From a virus, in the IMG/VR virus record IMGVR_UViG_3300020201_000009, positions 64,001-128,000 of that record: a stretch of DNA of 64,000 bases; one strand, 5' to 3'. Shown in pieces: positions 1 through 10,382 of the stretch (its first letter is position 1; each line of letters opens with the position of its first letter). The notes below the pieces were generated by a model. That model had not been told where the DNA came from, searched no databases, and saw only the letters and a list, made by a program, of their open reading frames with translations. The translations under genes were made by a program, and so were the position numbers.

Positions 1-238
1 GTTGGTTTCAGATGTTTAATTGGCAAAGCGAAGTAATCCAGAATACTAGCTATGGCGAATGGTATCCATCATTTCCTGATTGCCGACAATCGGATTGGAT
101 GTTTCGCGTGAAGTTTGGTGATTTTGATGGTTCTCACGCGAAATGGAAAGGTAGGTTTGATAAGCTTCCATTTCGTTCGTATAACTTGGGGCAGCATGGC
201 GTAAACCATTTCGGTCGGGTGAGTGAGGAATTTATAAC

Positions 239-469
239 ATGAATAAACTTTGGACAGAAGCCGAGATAGATTGGTTGAAAGTGAATTTCCCCCTTTATGG
301 GGACAAATATCTTTCAGATAATTCGAAATTTTCATATCAACAAATAAAGAATAAGGGAAAATCAATGGGCTTAAAGAAAAGTGCAGAAGTGCGAGAACAA
401 GAGGCATATGGAATTGATGATGAAGACGCGTTTGACGTCGAAGATTTCGGCGAAGATAGGTACTATTAA
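239..469 (+). CDS. hypothetical protein, possible small HTH-like domain
   Basis: ORF with WTEAEIDWLK motif typical of small phage DNA-binding proteins; acidic tail. Confidence 0.5.
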   Translation: MNKLWTEAEIDWLKVNFPLYGDKYLSDNSKFSYQQIKNKGKSMGLKKSAEVREQEAYGIDDEDAFDVEDFGEDRYY

Positions 470-537
470 ACAAAATAATTTTAACTATAAAATATATCCC
501 CTAGAATATAACGCGGGGCTCGCAACATTAAAAAAAA

Positions 538-1020
538 ATGAATAATATGGAACAAGAATCAGATAAAACAATATTAGGCAAACTAGAAACTATCAAGCAT
601 ATACATGAAGTTCGCAAGAATCTATACCGAGCAATTGCAGAATTAGACAAGCGGGCGCGGGAGCATGACTTATCGAAGCTGGAGTCCCCAGAAAAAGAGA
701 TTTTTGGAGAATTCACACCCGAATTAGCCAAGACCGAATATGGCTCTCTCGAATACTACGCGCTATTAAAAAAAGTACAAGTAGCTTTAGACCATCATTA
801 TAAACACAATATTCATCACCCTCAGTTCCATGCGAACGGCATTGATGGAATGGATTTATTTGACGTGACAGAAATGTTATTAGATTGGTGCGCCGCAACA
901 AAGAGAAATAAAAATGGGGATATCCATACGTCAATTGATAAAAATTCGGATCGTTTTAACATGAGTCCGCAACTAACACAAATTCTTCATAATACAATTA
1001 ACCGACACTTTAACCCATGA
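538..1020 (+). CDS. HD-like phage protein (DUF5662-like)
   Basis: HDLSK...HHYKHNIHHPQF...EMLLDW motifs. Confidence 0.7.
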   Translation: MNNMEQESDKTILGKLETIKHIHEVRKNLYRAIAELDKRAREHDLSKLESPEKEIFGEFTPELAKTEYGSLEYYALLKKVQVALDHHYKHNIHHPQFHANGIDGMDLFDVTEMLLDWCAATKRNKNGDIHTSIDKNSDRFNMSPQLTQILHNTINRHFNP

Positions 1021-1898
1021 GTAAATTTAACATCCTATGTGGCCGCGCTGCGATGATTGGCGACACAGTTTCAGCGTTGCCAATTGCGAGTTATTATAAA
1101 CGCAAGTATCCCGACGCAAATATTATTTGGCCAATTGCTAAAAAATGCTCACAGGCGGCTCCCATATTTCTTAACCATCCCGATATTGATCAAGTTATTA
1201 TTTTTGATGGTCAAGAAGGACCTGAGTCAGAAAGAGATTGGAACTTAGTAAGCTCATGTAAGATCGTCATTAATCCCAACCCACCGCATCCCGATAATCT
1301 TTATCCGGCTGAGTTTAGCATTTATTCAGAAACTTGGCGTATGGCGGGCTTACCTATGTCGGAATGGGACTCTTTAACGCCAGAGCAACGCAGACCGAAG
1401 CTCGTGAAATGGTGGAATGAAGAGAAACCCGAATCATTCGGGAAAAAGATAATTTCCTACTGGCCTTGCGCTGGTTATGGTGTTGAAAATAAACGCAATG
1501 CTTCGAAAGAATGGTGTCAAGACCTTACGAATGCTTTAATTAAAGAAGGTTACTGCGTTCACCAATACGGCACCCCTCGGGATTACTCATTCGATATTTT
1601 GGAAGACTATCAGAATTTTAGAAGTTTTAAACAACTTTCTTTTTTGGAACAAATTAAACAAAGTTTAACGAGCGATTTGATGATTGGTACCGATTCTGGA
1701 TCTGCATTAGTAACAGCTGCTTATCAAACCCAACTACAAATTTCACTATTGACTAATCATTGGCCGGGAATTGAGCGTAATAAAACAGCCCTCGCCTCGG
1801 ATTCACCGAAAAACTTCAACTTTTTTGGCCTTGACTCCGCAGACAGAATAGAGATAAAAGAGGTAGTGGAAAAAATCAAAGAATTAACTTATGGGTGA
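1017..1898 (+). CDS. glycosyltransferase family 9 (ADP-heptose:LPS heptosyltransferase-like)
   Basis: IGDTVSALP...HPDIDQVI N-terminus and IGTDSG motif. Confidence 0.8.
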   Translation: MSKFNILCGRAAMIGDTVSALPIASYYKRKYPDANIIWPIAKKCSQAAPIFLNHPDIDQVIIFDGQEGPESERDWNLVSSCKIVINPNPPHPDNLYPAEFSIYSETWRMAGLPMSEWDSLTPEQRRPKLVKWWNEEKPESFGKKIISYWPCAGYGVENKRNASKEWCQDLTNALIKEGYCVHQYGTPRDYSFDILEDYQNFRSFKQLSFLEQIKQSLTSDLMIGTDSGSALVTAAYQTQLQISLLTNHWPGIERNKTALASDSPKNFNFFGLDSADRIEIKEVVEKIKELTYG

Positions 1899-2076
1899 AC
1901 TAGATAGACAAAGCGTAATAGACATTATAGATCAAGAGGGTTTCGATTACTCTTTTGCTCATTTTAGTAGTTTCGAGGAAATTAGAGATAAAAAATTCCA
2001 CGAACTACGTGCGGCATATATTGACGCTCGAAACGCCTTGTTAGATTATATTGATTTTGATGAGGGCTCTTTTTAA
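1891..2076 (+). CDS. hypothetical protein
   Basis: ORF translationally coupled on both sides. Confidence 0.55.
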   Translation: MGELDRQSVIDIIDQEGFDYSFAHFSSFEEIRDKKFHELRAAYIDARNALLDYIDFDEGSF

Positions 2077-2882
2077 TGGCAAAAATTGGAATTATCTATT
2101 GTTCATATGGGATGCCAGATTATCTATCCAAAAGCTTAAGTCCTTGGATTGAGGCCAAGAAAATTAATCTTGGCGGTAATGAATTTCTTATCGCCGCAGT
2201 TTCGACTCCTTTCAAGGAATATAAAGATTATCAAATTTTAGATAATTCGACACCGACGTTTTTATCAGTGGCCTTGGCCGAAGGTGACATTGACGATCTA
2301 TACGCGGAAACCGAGTATCTGTTGGAATCCGAAGTTCGAGATAAAGCGTTACAGTTCCTTTTAAAGGAGGACTGTGATTCTATTCTAATCGCAGATGGGG
2401 ATGAATTCTTTACTCGGGAACAAATAGAGAGGCTTTTAAAATTTACCGATTTAGATCCATGGACATCATGGTTTAAGTTTAGTTATAAGAATTATATTTT
2501 TGATTCTAACCATTATCTAGCAGAACCATTCACGCCGCCACGTTTTTTTCGCGTACTAACAAACGGTTATCGTCTAGATACATTCTCATGGGATAACGAT
2601 GTGTTTTATAAAGGCACGATTACTTCGAATGGAAAATTTGTCAATAAAAATTTGGATTACAAGGAATTGCCGTCTAGGACTATCCCAGTAAATATAGCAT
2701 TTATTAAACATTATACATGGTTTTCAGATCAAAGGTCAAAAAATAAGATTCGGTATCAAATGGAGCATTTTAAAGGTTCTTGTAGTTATAGATGGAATGA
2801 AAAAGAAAATAAATTGGAATTTAATCCAGAATATTATAATCAGATTGGGCAACGCAATCCGGAGGTTTTAGAAGATGTTTGA
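2076..2882 (+). CDS. glycosyltransferase family 2-like protein
   Basis: R..ALQ...DSILIADGDEF (DxD) and IKHY motifs; next to the GT9 gene. Confidence 0.65.
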   Translation: MAKIGIIYCSYGMPDYLSKSLSPWIEAKKINLGGNEFLIAAVSTPFKEYKDYQILDNSTPTFLSVALAEGDIDDLYAETEYLLESEVRDKALQFLLKEDCDSILIADGDEFFTREQIERLLKFTDLDPWTSWFKFSYKNYIFDSNHYLAEPFTPPRFFRVLTNGYRLDTFSWDNDVFYKGTITSNGKFVNKNLDYKELPSRTIPVNIAFIKHYTWFSDQRSKNKIRYQMEHFKGSCSYRWNEKENKLEFNPEYYNQIGQRNPEVLEDV

Positions 2883-3087
2883 AATTAAAGTTATTTCGGT
2901 TAATAAAAAGGGCATCGCAAAATGTTCTTACAAATACGATAAAGAATTTTTATCATACTATAGGTCAGAAACGGGTCGCAAAAAAATCGTAGAAAGCGAA
3001 GTATCACAATTTATTGAAACTTATATAATTAATACATTTGAGGATCTAGACTTAAATAAACCTACACCAAAAAAGAGGCGAAAATAA
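2875..3087 (+). CDS. hypothetical protein
   Basis: ORF overlapping the upstream stop codon. Confidence 0.5.
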   Translation: MFEIKVISVNKKGIAKCSYKYDKEFLSYYRSETGRKKIVESEVSQFIETYIINTFEDLDLNKPTPKKRRK

Positions 3088-3168
3088 AGAAAGTTTTTAA
3101 AGTTTTTTTACTTACTCAATTTCTAAAGAATTGGGGTAATATACTCTACACTTTAAATATCAAACTAA

Positions 3169-4152
3169 ATGCATAAAAATACAATTTTTAATGAACAAGT
3201 TAGCCGCAAGCCAGATCGTTATCCATGGGCTCAAGATTATATCGATGCGATGTGGGCGGGACACTGGACCCCTAATGAATTTTCCTTTACGAGTGACCTC
3301 CAACAATATAAAACGGAGATGACGGAGCAAGAGCAAGACATTGTAAAAAACGCTTTGTCTGCGATTGGTCAAATCGAAATATCCGTTAAAAAGTTTTGGT
3401 CTCGCTTAGGCGATAATCTTCCCCATCCGTCGTTAACAGATCTCGGCCTAACGATGGCAAATATCGAAGTAATCCATAATAAAGCCTACGAAAAGCTTTT
3501 AGACACATTACAACTTCAAGATATCTTTGAAGAAAATCTAAAATTAGATATTATCCAAGGAAGGGTAAAATATTTAAAAAAATATCTAGATAAAACTTAT
3601 ACAGATAATCGAAAACAATATGTTTATTCTCTAGTTCTTTTTACGCTATATGTAGAGAACGTTTCTCTTTTTAGCCAATTTTACATAATTAATTGGTTTA
3701 ATAGATTTCGTAACAAACTCAAAGACACAGCTCAGCAAGTCGCATATACAGCTAAAGAAGAACAACTACACGCATTAGCGGGAATAAAAATTATTAACAC
3801 GATTCGAGAAGAATTGCCAGAATTATTTGATGGGGAATTAGAGGAAAGAATCAGATTTGAAGCGCATGAAACATTCAAGGCCGAATCCAAAATTATCGAT
3901 TGGATGTTGCGTGAATATGAGGCGGAAAGTTTAAGCTCCCCAATTTTGAAAGAGTATGTGAAGCAACGCATAAATGATTCATTGATCCAAATAGGCTTCG
4001 CTAAAATCTTTGAGGTATCAGAAGAACTATTGGCGGAATCTGCTTGGATGGACGTAGATGTAAACGCGAATAGTATGACAGATTTCTTTCATAAAAGACC
4101 AATAGAATATTCTAAAAAGAATCAAGTTTTTAGCGGCGAAACCCTTTTTTAA
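3169..4152 (+). CDS. nrdB: ribonucleotide reductase class I beta subunit (class Id-like)
   Basis: QIEISVKKFW, EVIHNKAY, VENVSLFSQF, EEQLH and DFFHKRPIEYSK motifs. Confidence 0.95.
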   Translation: MHKNTIFNEQVSRKPDRYPWAQDYIDAMWAGHWTPNEFSFTSDLQQYKTEMTEQEQDIVKNALSAIGQIEISVKKFWSRLGDNLPHPSLTDLGLTMANIEVIHNKAYEKLLDTLQLQDIFEENLKLDIIQGRVKYLKKYLDKTYTDNRKQYVYSLVLFTLYVENVSLFSQFYIINWFNRFRNKLKDTAQQVAYTAKEEQLHALAGIKIINTIREELPELFDGELEERIRFEAHETFKAESKIIDWMLREYEAESLSSPILKEYVKQRINDSLIQIGFAKIFEVSEELLAESAWMDVDVNANSMTDFFHKRPIEYSKKNQVFSGETLF

Positions 4153-4161
4153 TTTAAAAAA

Positions 4162-5811
4162 ATGTCTAAAAGTATTAAGTGGTTAAATAAAGACTCTCGC
4201 CTTTTTCTGGAAAGAGGATATTTAGAGGCGGGTGTCACACCTGAACAAAGAATCAGGCAAATTGCCGAGTCGGCTGAAAAGATTTTGGGTGAAAAGGGGT
4301 TTGCTGATAAATTTGAAGACTATATGGCGCGTGGGTTTTATAGTTTGTCGTCGCCGATTTGGGCCAATTTTGGCAATGGGCGGGGTCTTGCCATTAGCTG
4401 CAATGGTAGTTGGATAAATGACGATATGACTTCGATTTTCGACACGTTGGGCGAGGTAGGTATCCTTACAAAGTACGGCGCGGGGACATCGGGGTATTTT
4501 GGTGCTTTAAGGGCAAGAGGAGCGAAGATTAGCAAGGGAGGTGTGTCTTCTGGTCCAGTCCATTTCATGGAATTATTCGATACTGTTACTAGAGTTATTT
4601 CACAATCGAATGTTAGGAGGGGATCTTTTGCCGCGTATCTCCCTGTCGAACATCCGGATATAGAAGAGTTTTTGGGGATCAGAGGGGAGGGTCATTCGAT
4701 CCAAGATATGTCTATCGGAGTGTGCGTATCGGATGAATGGATGAAAGCAATGGTAGAGGGGGATAAGAAGAATCGCAGTATCTGGGCAAAAATTATCTCT
4801 AAGCGTTTCGAGTCTGGATATCCATATATATTCTTTTCCGACAACGTAAACAAAAATGCGCCCCAAGTCTATAAAGATAAAAAAATTAATATTCACGCAT
4901 CAAATTTATGTTCTGAAATTTGCCTTAGTTCTTCGAATGATGAAACGTTTGTTTGCAATCTTTCTTCGATGAATCTGTTAACGTATGATGAGTGGAAAAA
5001 TACAGACGCCGTAGAAATTATTACTTACTTCCTTGATGCCGTTATGGAAGATTATATATCGGCAACACAAAATATTCCCTATTTAGAATCCGCCCATAAA
5101 TTTGCTAAAAATCAAAGGGCTTTAGGGATCGGTGTTCTTGGTTGGCATTCGTTTTTACAAAGTAAGATGATCCCGTTTGAATCGTTCGAGGCTAAACTAT
5201 TGAATACAGAAATTCATCGTTTTATCCGTGATAAAAGCTTGGCGGCAAGCAAGGAGATGGCGCTTAAATATGGGGAGCCCGATCTCTTAAAAGGTTACGG
5301 ACTTCGGAATGTCACGACGATGGCTATTGCCCCGACAACTTCGAGTTCTTTTATTCTAGGTCAAGTTAGTCCTTCTATCGAACCACTCAACAGTAATTAT
5401 TTTGTAAAAGATCTAGCAAAGGGTAAATTTACCTACAAAAACCCCCAGTTGATAGAATGTCTCAAAAAACACAGTAGAGACGATAAGGATACTTGGAAAG
5501 ATATTCTTTTGAAGGGTGGTTCTGTGCAGCATTTAGAGTTTTTGACCCAATTAGAAAAAGACGTGTTTAAGACTTTCGGCGAAATTAGCCAAAAAGAAAT
5601 TATTATACAAGCTAGTGCTCGCCAAAAGTTTATAGATCAAGGGCAATCCTTAAATTTAATGATAAATCCCAAAACCTCAGCTAAAGACGTTAATTCTTTA
5701 ATGATTTTTGCTTGGGAAAATGGAATAAAAACCCTTTATTACCAAAGAGGTACAAATCCTGCTCAAGAACTTGGTAGATCACTTATGGATTGTAAAAGTT
5801 GTGAGGCTTAA
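4162..5811 (+). CDS. nrdA: ribonucleotide reductase class I alpha subunit (short, no ATP cone)
   Basis: SNLCSEI, VCNLSS, AIAPTTSSS, KTLYY motifs and C-terminal CKSCEA. Confidence 0.96.
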   Translation: MSKSIKWLNKDSRLFLERGYLEAGVTPEQRIRQIAESAEKILGEKGFADKFEDYMARGFYSLSSPIWANFGNGRGLAISCNGSWINDDMTSIFDTLGEVGILTKYGAGTSGYFGALRARGAKISKGGVSSGPVHFMELFDTVTRVISQSNVRRGSFAAYLPVEHPDIEEFLGIRGEGHSIQDMSIGVCVSDEWMKAMVEGDKKNRSIWAKIISKRFESGYPYIFFSDNVNKNAPQVYKDKKINIHASNLCSEICLSSSNDETFVCNLSSMNLLTYDEWKNTDAVEIITYFLDAVMEDYISATQNIPYLESAHKFAKNQRALGIGVLGWHSFLQSKMIPFESFEAKLLNTEIHRFIRDKSLAASKEMALKYGEPDLLKGYGLRNVTTMAIAPTTSSSFILGQVSPSIEPLNSNYFVKDLAKGKFTYKNPQLIECLKKHSRDDKDTWKDILLKGGSVQHLEFLTQLEKDVFKTFGEISQKEIIIQASARQKFIDQGQSLNLMINPKTSAKDVNSLMIFAWENGIKTLYYQRGTNPAQELGRSLMDCKSCEA

Positions 5812-5906
5812 ACACTTATTTTAAGTTATACTAAATTGGTCTTTTTAGACAAACTTAATCTATTTAGTGTATAAACATTTACACCCCATTATCGAAGTTT
5901 TAACAA

Positions 5907-6326
5907 ATGCCTGATCCTATCATTACATTTACTAGTAAAATCCCGGATCATCTATTACATAATGTATCCCCCGAATCACGTTGGCTAATGGAAAACGTGT
6001 ATTTACAAGGTCAAAAAACGGACTATTTAGTTACAACGCAACAGGTCCAATCAGATAAGTTAGACAAGTTAGACAAAAGATTGGAATATACAAACGGTAA
6101 AGTGGGGGAAGCAATTCGCGATATCCAATTTTTTAAAGATAAAATTATATTCGAGAAAGACCGAGACGAACACTTAAAACAGATCGTTGCTACAAAAATG
6201 TTTTTAGAGAAGCTTCTTCTTAGTAAATTATTTTGGATTTGTTTTGGATTGTTTATTGTTGGAACTATTACAATATTCACGAACATTGTTATTAAAGATT
6301 TATTCCCTTTCTTGAAAAAAGGGTAG
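5907..6326 (+). CDS. coiled-coil membrane protein (holin-like or virion-associated candidate)
   Basis: coiled coil followed by a C-terminal hydrophobic helix; preceded by a TAGTGTA motif. Confidence 0.45.
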   Translation: MPDPIITFTSKIPDHLLHNVSPESRWLMENVYLQGQKTDYLVTTQQVQSDKLDKLDKRLEYTNGKVGEAIRDIQFFKDKIIFEKDRDEHLKQIVATKMFLEKLLLSKLFWICFGLFIVGTITIFTNIVIKDLFPFLKKG

Positions 6327-6348
6327 TCCGAAATTTTCAGTTTCAGGG

Positions 6349-6378
6349 TTGACTTTTTCCTCAGTTTTTCGATAATCT
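6349..6378 (+). promoter_or_regulatory. sigma70-like promoter
   Basis: TTGACT-N16-GATAAT upstream of the epimerase gene. Confidence 0.6.
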
Positions 6379-6397
6379 TCCAACAGGGAACTACCTA

Positions 6398-7372
6398 ATG
6401 GATTTATCAAAAAACAGCAAAATCGCAGTTACGGGGGGTCTCGGATTTATCGGAGCGAGTTTTATTCGCTTTCTTAATTCCGAAGGTTACACCAATATAG
6501 ATATTTATCAAAAAAATTGGGAGTCTAAGTGGAAAAATTCGATTGGACTTATATATAATAAACCAATATATCGTCTGGCTCTAAACTATAAAAATATAGA
6601 GTCAATGCGTTGCAAAAAATACGATGTAGTTATCCATTTGGCGGCAGATAGTAGTACAACCGCACCGCCCACTTTTGAGACATGGTTTAATAACTTTCAT
6701 ATTCCCACGAGAATGTTTGAAGTTTTAGATTCCAAAACAAAGATTATTTTTGCTTCTTCAGCTTCAGTCTATGGCTCGGAAGAGTCGGACTTTGCTGAAA
6801 GGGTTGCTGGTTTACAGCCAATTAATTTTTACGCCTACACAAAACTCTCGGTTGATGAATATATTATTCTAAATAACCCTCCGAACGTAACGTCTTTACG
6901 TTTTTTTAATGTTTACGGTGGTCCCTTAGAGCAGTATAAGGGAAAAATGTGTTCAGTCATACATAAATGGTTAACCGATCCTATTACGGAAAATTCTCCA
7001 ATTTCGCTGTTTAAATCTTACAGACCGAATTATACTGATGGTATGCAAGAAAGAGATTTTATACATGTAGAAGATGTTTGCCGAGTAATTCTTGCGGCTA
7101 TACGATCAGATAAGAATAGTATTTATAATGTTGGGACCGGTAAATCATCCACCTATAAAAATATCGCCCAAAATATTTTGTCGCTAAGAAAAATCGATGT
7201 ACCAATTCATTATAAAGATATGCCTAGCGAATTAAGTCAGCAATATCAATATAAAACCGTAGCGAACATAACCAAACTTCGTCATGTGATGAATTATACC
7301 GCCCCAATGAGGACGGTAGAACAAGGTATAGAAAAAACGTATAAAGAAATCTACCTACCAAATAGAAAATAA
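6398..7372 (+). CDS. hldD: ADP-L-glycero-D-manno-heptose 6-epimerase-like SDR
   Basis: VTGGLGFIG, ASSASVYG, YAYTK, LRFFNVYG, YKGKMCSV and RDFIHVED motifs. Confidence 0.85.
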   Translation: MDLSKNSKIAVTGGLGFIGASFIRFLNSEGYTNIDIYQKNWESKWKNSIGLIYNKPIYRLALNYKNIESMRCKKYDVVIHLAADSSTTAPPTFETWFNNFHIPTRMFEVLDSKTKIIFASSASVYGSEESDFAERVAGLQPINFYAYTKLSVDEYIILNNPPNVTSLRFFNVYGGPLEQYKGKMCSVIHKWLTDPITENSPISLFKSYRPNYTDGMQERDFIHVEDVCRVILAAIRSDKNSIYNVGTGKSSTYKNIAQNILSLRKIDVPIHYKDMPSELSQQYQYKTVANITKLRHVMNYTAPMRTVEQGIEKTYKEIYLPNRK

Positions 7373-7435
7373 AATTTTTCCGATTCTATACTTAAAAAGT
7401 AAGTTAGAAAAAAAAATATAAATATATAATAAAAA

Positions 7436-8440
7436 ATGATTAAGCAAGCATACATTAACCACGTCGTACTATTACTAGACAGATCAGGTTCTATGAAAGG
7501 TCTCACGAATCAAGTTATTAAAGTTACTGATTCTATTGTTCAAAATCTTGCGAATCGGTCTAAGCAAATGGAACAGGAAACACGAGTTTCTATTTATCAG
7601 TTCAACGGGAGTGTTGAAAATATAGTTTATGATCAAGACGCCCTTCGTCTAGCATCTGTAAATGGTGTTTATGATTGCCGTGGTAGCACAGCCCTTATTG
7701 ACGCAACCCTCAAGGTCATCTCTGATCTAGAAAAAACCGCAACTCTATATGGCGATCATTCATTTTTAATGTATGTTATTACGGACGGCGGGGAAACGGA
7801 TCGTCCTAATGGTGCGCAAGAACTTTTCGCAAGAATTGGTAAACTGCCTGACAATTGGACCCTTGCGGCTTTCGCGCCGAACCCAATGTGTGTTGGTGAA
7901 GCGAAGAAATATGGTTTTCCAGCGAATAACGTAGCTTTGTGGTCCACTACGGAACAGGGGATGGAAGAAGTTGGTAAGGTTATTAATGAGGCCACTAATC
8001 AATACATGACAATGCGTTCTACTGGGAAGAAGGGTACTAAAAACCTTTTCTATCTTAATACGAATATTGATACCTCAACTATACAAAAATCTCTTAGTGA
8101 ATTAAATCCGAAAACCTTCGACATTTTACATGTTCGTGATTATGACGATGGAAAGGCTATTAAAGAATTTGTAGAATCATGGAAGATAGATTATAGAGTT
8201 GGCTCTGCTTATTTTCAACTCTCAAAACCAGAAAAGGTGCAGGCTAGCAAAAACATTATCGTAAAGAAAAAGTTTGATGGTAAAGTTTTTCATGGGCCGG
8301 AAGTAAGATCTTTACTGGGTTTGCCAGATTGTGAAGTAAAGGTGTCCCCGACGTCATTTAAAGATTTTGAGATTTTCGTGCAATCCACCAGTATAAATAG
8401 AAAATTGGTAAAAGATACTATGTTGATCGTAATAAAGTAA
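7436..8440 (+). CDS. von Willebrand factor A domain protein with C-terminal extension
   Basis: MIDAS DRSGSM, STALIDA and ITDGGE motifs. Confidence 0.85.
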   Translation: MIKQAYINHVVLLLDRSGSMKGLTNQVIKVTDSIVQNLANRSKQMEQETRVSIYQFNGSVENIVYDQDALRLASVNGVYDCRGSTALIDATLKVISDLEKTATLYGDHSFLMYVITDGGETDRPNGAQELFARIGKLPDNWTLAAFAPNPMCVGEAKKYGFPANNVALWSTTEQGMEEVGKVINEATNQYMTMRSTGKKGTKNLFYLNTNIDTSTIQKSLSELNPKTFDILHVRDYDDGKAIKEFVESWKIDYRVGSAYFQLSKPEKVQASKNIIVKKKFDGKVFHGPEVRSLLGLPDCEVKVSPTSFKDFEIFVQSTSINRKLVKDTMLIVIK

Positions 8441-8531
8441 GCGAAAATCGAAAGCGTTAAAATTAAAGTTAACTTTTTAGGGGTAGCGACGTTGACTTTT
8501 ATGGAGTTAACCATAATATCATAATAAAATT

Positions 8532-9227
8532 ATGAAAGAAAATAGAACGTTAATTGTATTAATCGTCGATAATTCCGGCAGTATAGAATCCATTCGCGGC
8601 GACATGGAAGGGGCGTTAGACGCTCTCATTAAAGACCAAAAGACTGTAGATGGCGAATGTTTCATCTCTTACTACCCTTTTGACAGTAAGATCATTGTGG
8701 AAGAGCGGAAAGAAATGGTTGTTTTGAAAGATTTTGGAAAGATTCGTATTACCCCTCGCGGTGGCACGGCCCTTTACAAGAGCGTTTGTGAAGTTATTGA
8801 TAGCGTCGGAGTACAATTATCTAAAATATCAGAAAATAAAAGACCGGAAAGAGTTTTAGTTGCGATTGTTACGGATGGCGACGAAAATTCTTCTGGTGCG
8901 GTTACTGGGGATGATGTGAAGAAACGTGTGGCGCATCAAGAGTCAGTGTATAAGTGGAAGTTTGTTTATCTAGGGGCAAACCAAGATGCGTATAATGTTT
9001 CAAATACCATTGGCTTGAGCCTCTCGAATTCTATGAATTACTCCATTAGTAAACTTGGTATCAATAATATGATGACAGGTGTTTCGGAGAGCTTTAAATC
9101 AATGCGTTCTGCGACTCTTTCTGCTTACGAAAAAGACGGGGTAGTTTTCTCAGAAGCACAGAGGGCGGCGGCAGCAGAAAACCCAACAGAATCGACGAAA
9201 GTAGTAGCGGATAAAATTGGTGTCTAA
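8532..9227 (+). CDS. von Willebrand factor A domain protein
   Basis: DNSGS, RGGTALY, IVTDGDENSS and FVYLGANQDA motifs. Confidence 0.88.
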   Translation: MKENRTLIVLIVDNSGSIESIRGDMEGALDALIKDQKTVDGECFISYYPFDSKIIVEERKEMVVLKDFGKIRITPRGGTALYKSVCEVIDSVGVQLSKISENKRPERVLVAIVTDGDENSSGAVTGDDVKKRVAHQESVYKWKFVYLGANQDAYNVSNTIGLSLSNSMNYSISKLGINNMMTGVSESFKSMRSATLSAYEKDGVVFSEAQRAAAAENPTESTKVVADKIGV

Positions 9228-9344
9228 ATGCGCCTATACGGGTTCGGATCTTATACTTTGCGAAAATTACATAAAAATATTAATAAAATGAAACACGGTT
9301 TTAGTAACGAAAAATTTTTTAGAGTATATCTCTTTAATTTATAA
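9226..9344 (+). pseudogene. internally deleted HNH-type homing endonuclease remnant
   Basis: KCAYTGSDLILCEN in one frame joined to HKNINKMKHGFSNEKF in another. Confidence 0.5.
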
Positions 9345-9361
9345 AAATAAGAAAGAAAACA

Positions 9362-10378
9362 ATGTCGGATAAAAAAGCAATTATTTTTGGTATAAATGGT
9401 ATGGACGCTAAGACCGTTGCCCATCTTTTATTAGATAAAAAATATCAAGTGGTAGGAACTTATCGTAGAAATACACTTAGCATTAAACATGATATACATA
9501 GTTTGTATGATTTTAATCAAGACATTTCATTCGAATATTGCGATATCAACGACTTCAATTCAATCAAAGTATTACTCAATAAACATAAAGATGTTACGGA
9601 AATTTATCTTTTAGCAGCGCAAAGTCACGTTGGTTTTTCTTTTGAATCTCCGTCAGTATCTTCTGCAAATGGCTATTCGGTATATAATGTTTTAGAAAAT
9701 GTAAAAAATATATGCCCAAAGTCTAAATTATATTTTGCGGCGACAAGTGAGTTATTTGGTGGAAATAATCCGCAGGAATCTTATAATGAAAATTCTCCAT
9801 TTGACCCCAGATCCCCTTATTCTATCTACAAGGAAGTCGGAACCAGATGGATTAAGTTTTACAGACATATGGGTATATTTGCTTGCTATGGTCTCTTGTT
9901 TAATCACTCGAACATTTACAGATCTGAAGATTTCTTTATCCGTCGCGTCACAAAATCCGCAGCAAGGATTGCTACAGGGAAGCAAAAAGAATTAGTATTA
10001 GGTAACTTAGATTTTTATAGGGACGAACACTGGAGTGATTTCGGATGCGAAATGATGTGGAAGATGTTACAAAATGAGGAGCCGAAAGATTATGTTATTG
10101 CCACCGGAAAGACTTGGCACGGTTTAGAATATCTTCAAAGGTCTTTCGACTATTTTAATTTAAAATGGGAGGACTACGTTAAAATAGATAAATCTCGTTT
10201 TAGACCAAATGAGGTTGTAAAATTGATTGGAGATAGTCGCTTGGCTCAACTAGAACTTGGATGGAATCCGAATAGAATGTCATTCGCTGAACATATTAAA
10301 GAAATGTGTTTTTATGACTTCGAAATCGAAACCGGGAATACACCAAAAAGAAAAAACTATTTAGAATTATATAAATAA
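9362..10378 (+). CDS. gmd: GDP-mannose 4,6-dehydratase
   Basis: AIIFGINGMD, LAAQSHVGFSF, ATSELFG, PRSPY, LFNHS and LGNLD motifs. Confidence 0.9.
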   Translation: MSDKKAIIFGINGMDAKTVAHLLLDKKYQVVGTYRRNTLSIKHDIHSLYDFNQDISFEYCDINDFNSIKVLLNKHKDVTEIYLLAAQSHVGFSFESPSVSSANGYSVYNVLENVKNICPKSKLYFAATSELFGGNNPQESYNENSPFDPRSPYSIYKEVGTRWIKFYRHMGIFACYGLLFNHSNIYRSEDFFIRRVTKSAARIATGKQKELVLGNLDFYRDEHWSDFGCEMMWKMLQNEEPKDYVIATGKTWHGLEYLQRSFDYFNLKWEDYVKIDKSRFRPNEVVKLIGDSRLAQLELGWNPNRMSFAEHIKEMCFYDFEIETGNTPKRKNYLELYK

Positions 10379-10382
10379 TATA

